From: Camelus ferus
Taxonomy: Eukaryota
Direction of reading: 5' to 3'
Length of the DNA stretch: 64,000 bases
Assembly (NCBI RefSeq): GCF_009834535.1
Contig: NC_045696.1
Span: forward strand, 13,270,001 to 13,334,000
The first letter of the stretch is position 1. Each line of letters opens with the position of its first letter. The notes beneath the pieces were generated by a model. That model ran no database searches. It had not been told where the DNA came from and was given only the letters and a program-made list of their open reading frames with translations. This document shows positions 62,054 to 64,000 of this stretch, piece by piece. The translations under genes were made by a program, and so were the position numbers.

Positions 62054-64000
62054 CTGTAGAAGCAAAAGAGATGCATGAGAAGCATTAGTTACATTATTTG
62101 TTTGCATTTTTAAAATGAAGAATACAAATAATCAAAACAAAAGGCCCAAAAGAAAAAGTACAGAAGTGGGCAGAACAGATCCCACACCCAACGTTAAAAG
62201 TTAAGTTTATCAGCATATTTCAGATGCGGATAAAACTTCATTCCTGTGTGCTTAAGATTTCAAATCCAATATTGGTCTGTGTAATACCTATTAGATGGCA
62301 AATACATTCCAGATATTTAGCACCATATAAAGTATAATTGATGAGATGATGGAGAGTGATTTTTGACAGTTTGGAAATGAATCACACGGCGGTGAACCTA
62401 AACACAATTTGAGCTGCATTCTGGTAGGGCCATCCATTTTAAGAATGAAATTTCTTCTATTCAGAAACAGACATTCTAGACTCCAGAGGGATCACTCAGA
62501 GTTGAGTGGGGTGAAAATGAGCCATATATGCACTTAGATTTTTTTTTTTTTTCAGAATGAAAACATGTCTTCTGTTCTTTGTGGCTTAGAATTCTGGGGT
62601 CATATTCTAGTACTTTACAAAGTGCATGGGCAGATTCAAAAAGCTGTGGATTATTTTTGTTTGTTTCATTGTTTTGAGAAACTAGTCCTGCCCCAAAGCA
62701 AACCTGCTTCCCATCTTTGGAGAAATAATTCCTCCACTCAACAAACACTTGCACTCAGCCTCTGATCTTAAACATGAGGATCCCATCACAAACAATACAA
62801 AATATCAAAATATCAGCGCTTAAAACCTCATTCAGCTCTGACTCTGGTGTTGATAGAGGCAATTTGAGTATTATTAACTGTACATTCTTAACGTTCTTTA
62901 AGAGCTGTCCTGGGATTATCCACAGACACAGAACATACAGTAAAGACTCTTAACTGGCCTCCACTTAACTTACTCCTTGACTGACCAAGAATCCTCACTT
63001 TCTTTGAAAAAGCGTATTAATCAGTATGCATAGAATACTGAATACTTATAACTAGTGGATTGTTATTCATCTGCTCTTACTATTGAGTGATTCCTTATTT
63101 AAGTTCAGTCGTAGGTTTTTAGCAAACTTGTGTCTGTTAGATTGATTTGCAAATGCTTCGATTTCTCTCTTGACTCAAAAAAAAAAAAACACGCAAAAAT
63201 CTGAAACTGAAAATTACAAACATCACAGGCACAAGTATGATTTATGTATATTCTTTCTGAGGAAAAGAACCCCAATTAGTAGACTGTCATTCAAAGAAGT
63301 TACTTTGATCCTATTTTGAAAGAATAGTAGACAAATACTTATCTATCATTTTTAAGTTAAAATTATTTGGGGGGAGCAATTTCTTTCTAAATAAACTTTC
63401 TCTGTTAAATAACCAACCAACTAGTGCCAGTTTTTAGGAGCTACGAGGTTTTTGGAAATGTCTCTGGCTTTTATAGACTGATGTATGAGATGAATGTGGA
63501 AATAATGTCTCTGTTCTCAGAGAAACCAGAATTGAACACTATGTAACCATGTATGTGACCATGTTAACCTTTTCCTGTGGAATCATGTTGGATGTTTATT
63601 GTAAAATCAACCTGAGTAATATTCTGTTCTTCGACTTTGTCTTTTTCTTTTGTCAGATGATGATAAGCAGGTCCTGGGGGAGGGAAGGAAGGACTTTCAG
63701 TTTCTCTCAGAACTGTTAGTGGATGCTCAACAGTGAGATGGTAAGCTCACACAATAGACACTTGGTCACCAAAAGAAGATGAACATATGATGGGTTGACT
63801 GCTACTGTCCAGTTGACCCACAATTGGAATTAGCCCCAACTTAAGATCAGAAACTTGTGTTAGGGCTTCCATTGCAATAATTAGCAATTGCTTGTTATTG
63901 CCCATCTCCCCAGGGACATGGTGAGAACTCTCATGAAGATGGACTATATCTTATTCAGAATCACCATCCTTATGGAGACCAAAGGATCTTAAGATGTTCA

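Larger units (their letters stand above)
1..64000 (-). other. GRIK1: Internal portion of the GRIK1 transcription unit (end of intron 1 through part of intron 7)
   Basis: Six minus-strand exons in the correct order and phase (1-1, 1-1, 1-0, 0-0, 0-0, 0-0). Total 980 nt, forming one open frame matching the GluK1 ATD. No start exon, promoter or terminal exon in the window. Confidence 0.97.

Noticed and set aside
1..64000. CRISPR arrays, operons, prokaryotic or viral systems, GRIK1 Q/R editing site
   Set aside because: This is mammalian intron-exon DNA with no spaced repeat arrays or intact viral ORFs. The Q/R exon lies downstream, outside the window.

Overview
This window is mammalian genomic DNA lying entirely inside the kainate-receptor gene GRIK1 (GluK1/GluR5), which is transcribed on the minus strand. 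Six coding exons (conventionally exons 2-7; 168, 258, 182, 54, 174 and 144 bp) can be placed to the base from their splice sites. They join into one uninterrupted frame encoding most of the extracellular amino-terminal domain (ATD). Exon 1 lies to the right of the window, and exon 8 onward was not found and presumably lies to the left. The rest is intronic: ancient MIR, L2, MER, MLT and LTR relics, younger L1 insertions with target-site duplications (TSDs), microsatellites, and a tRNA-derived SINE resembling camelid Vic-1, which suggests a camel, alpaca or llama genome. Almost all other entries in the ORF track are chance or repeat-derived. I found no evidence of a wholly new biological system. 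The best leads are: (1) a non-canonical GC-AG donor after exon 7, with an in-frame hydrophobic read-through tail and a CTCF-like site nearby; (2) several structurally odd miniature L1 insertions; (3) a 201-bp pure purine tract just after the 54-nt exon 5. Repeat family names and comparisons with human come from memory and need Dfam/RepeatMasker and alignment confirmation.
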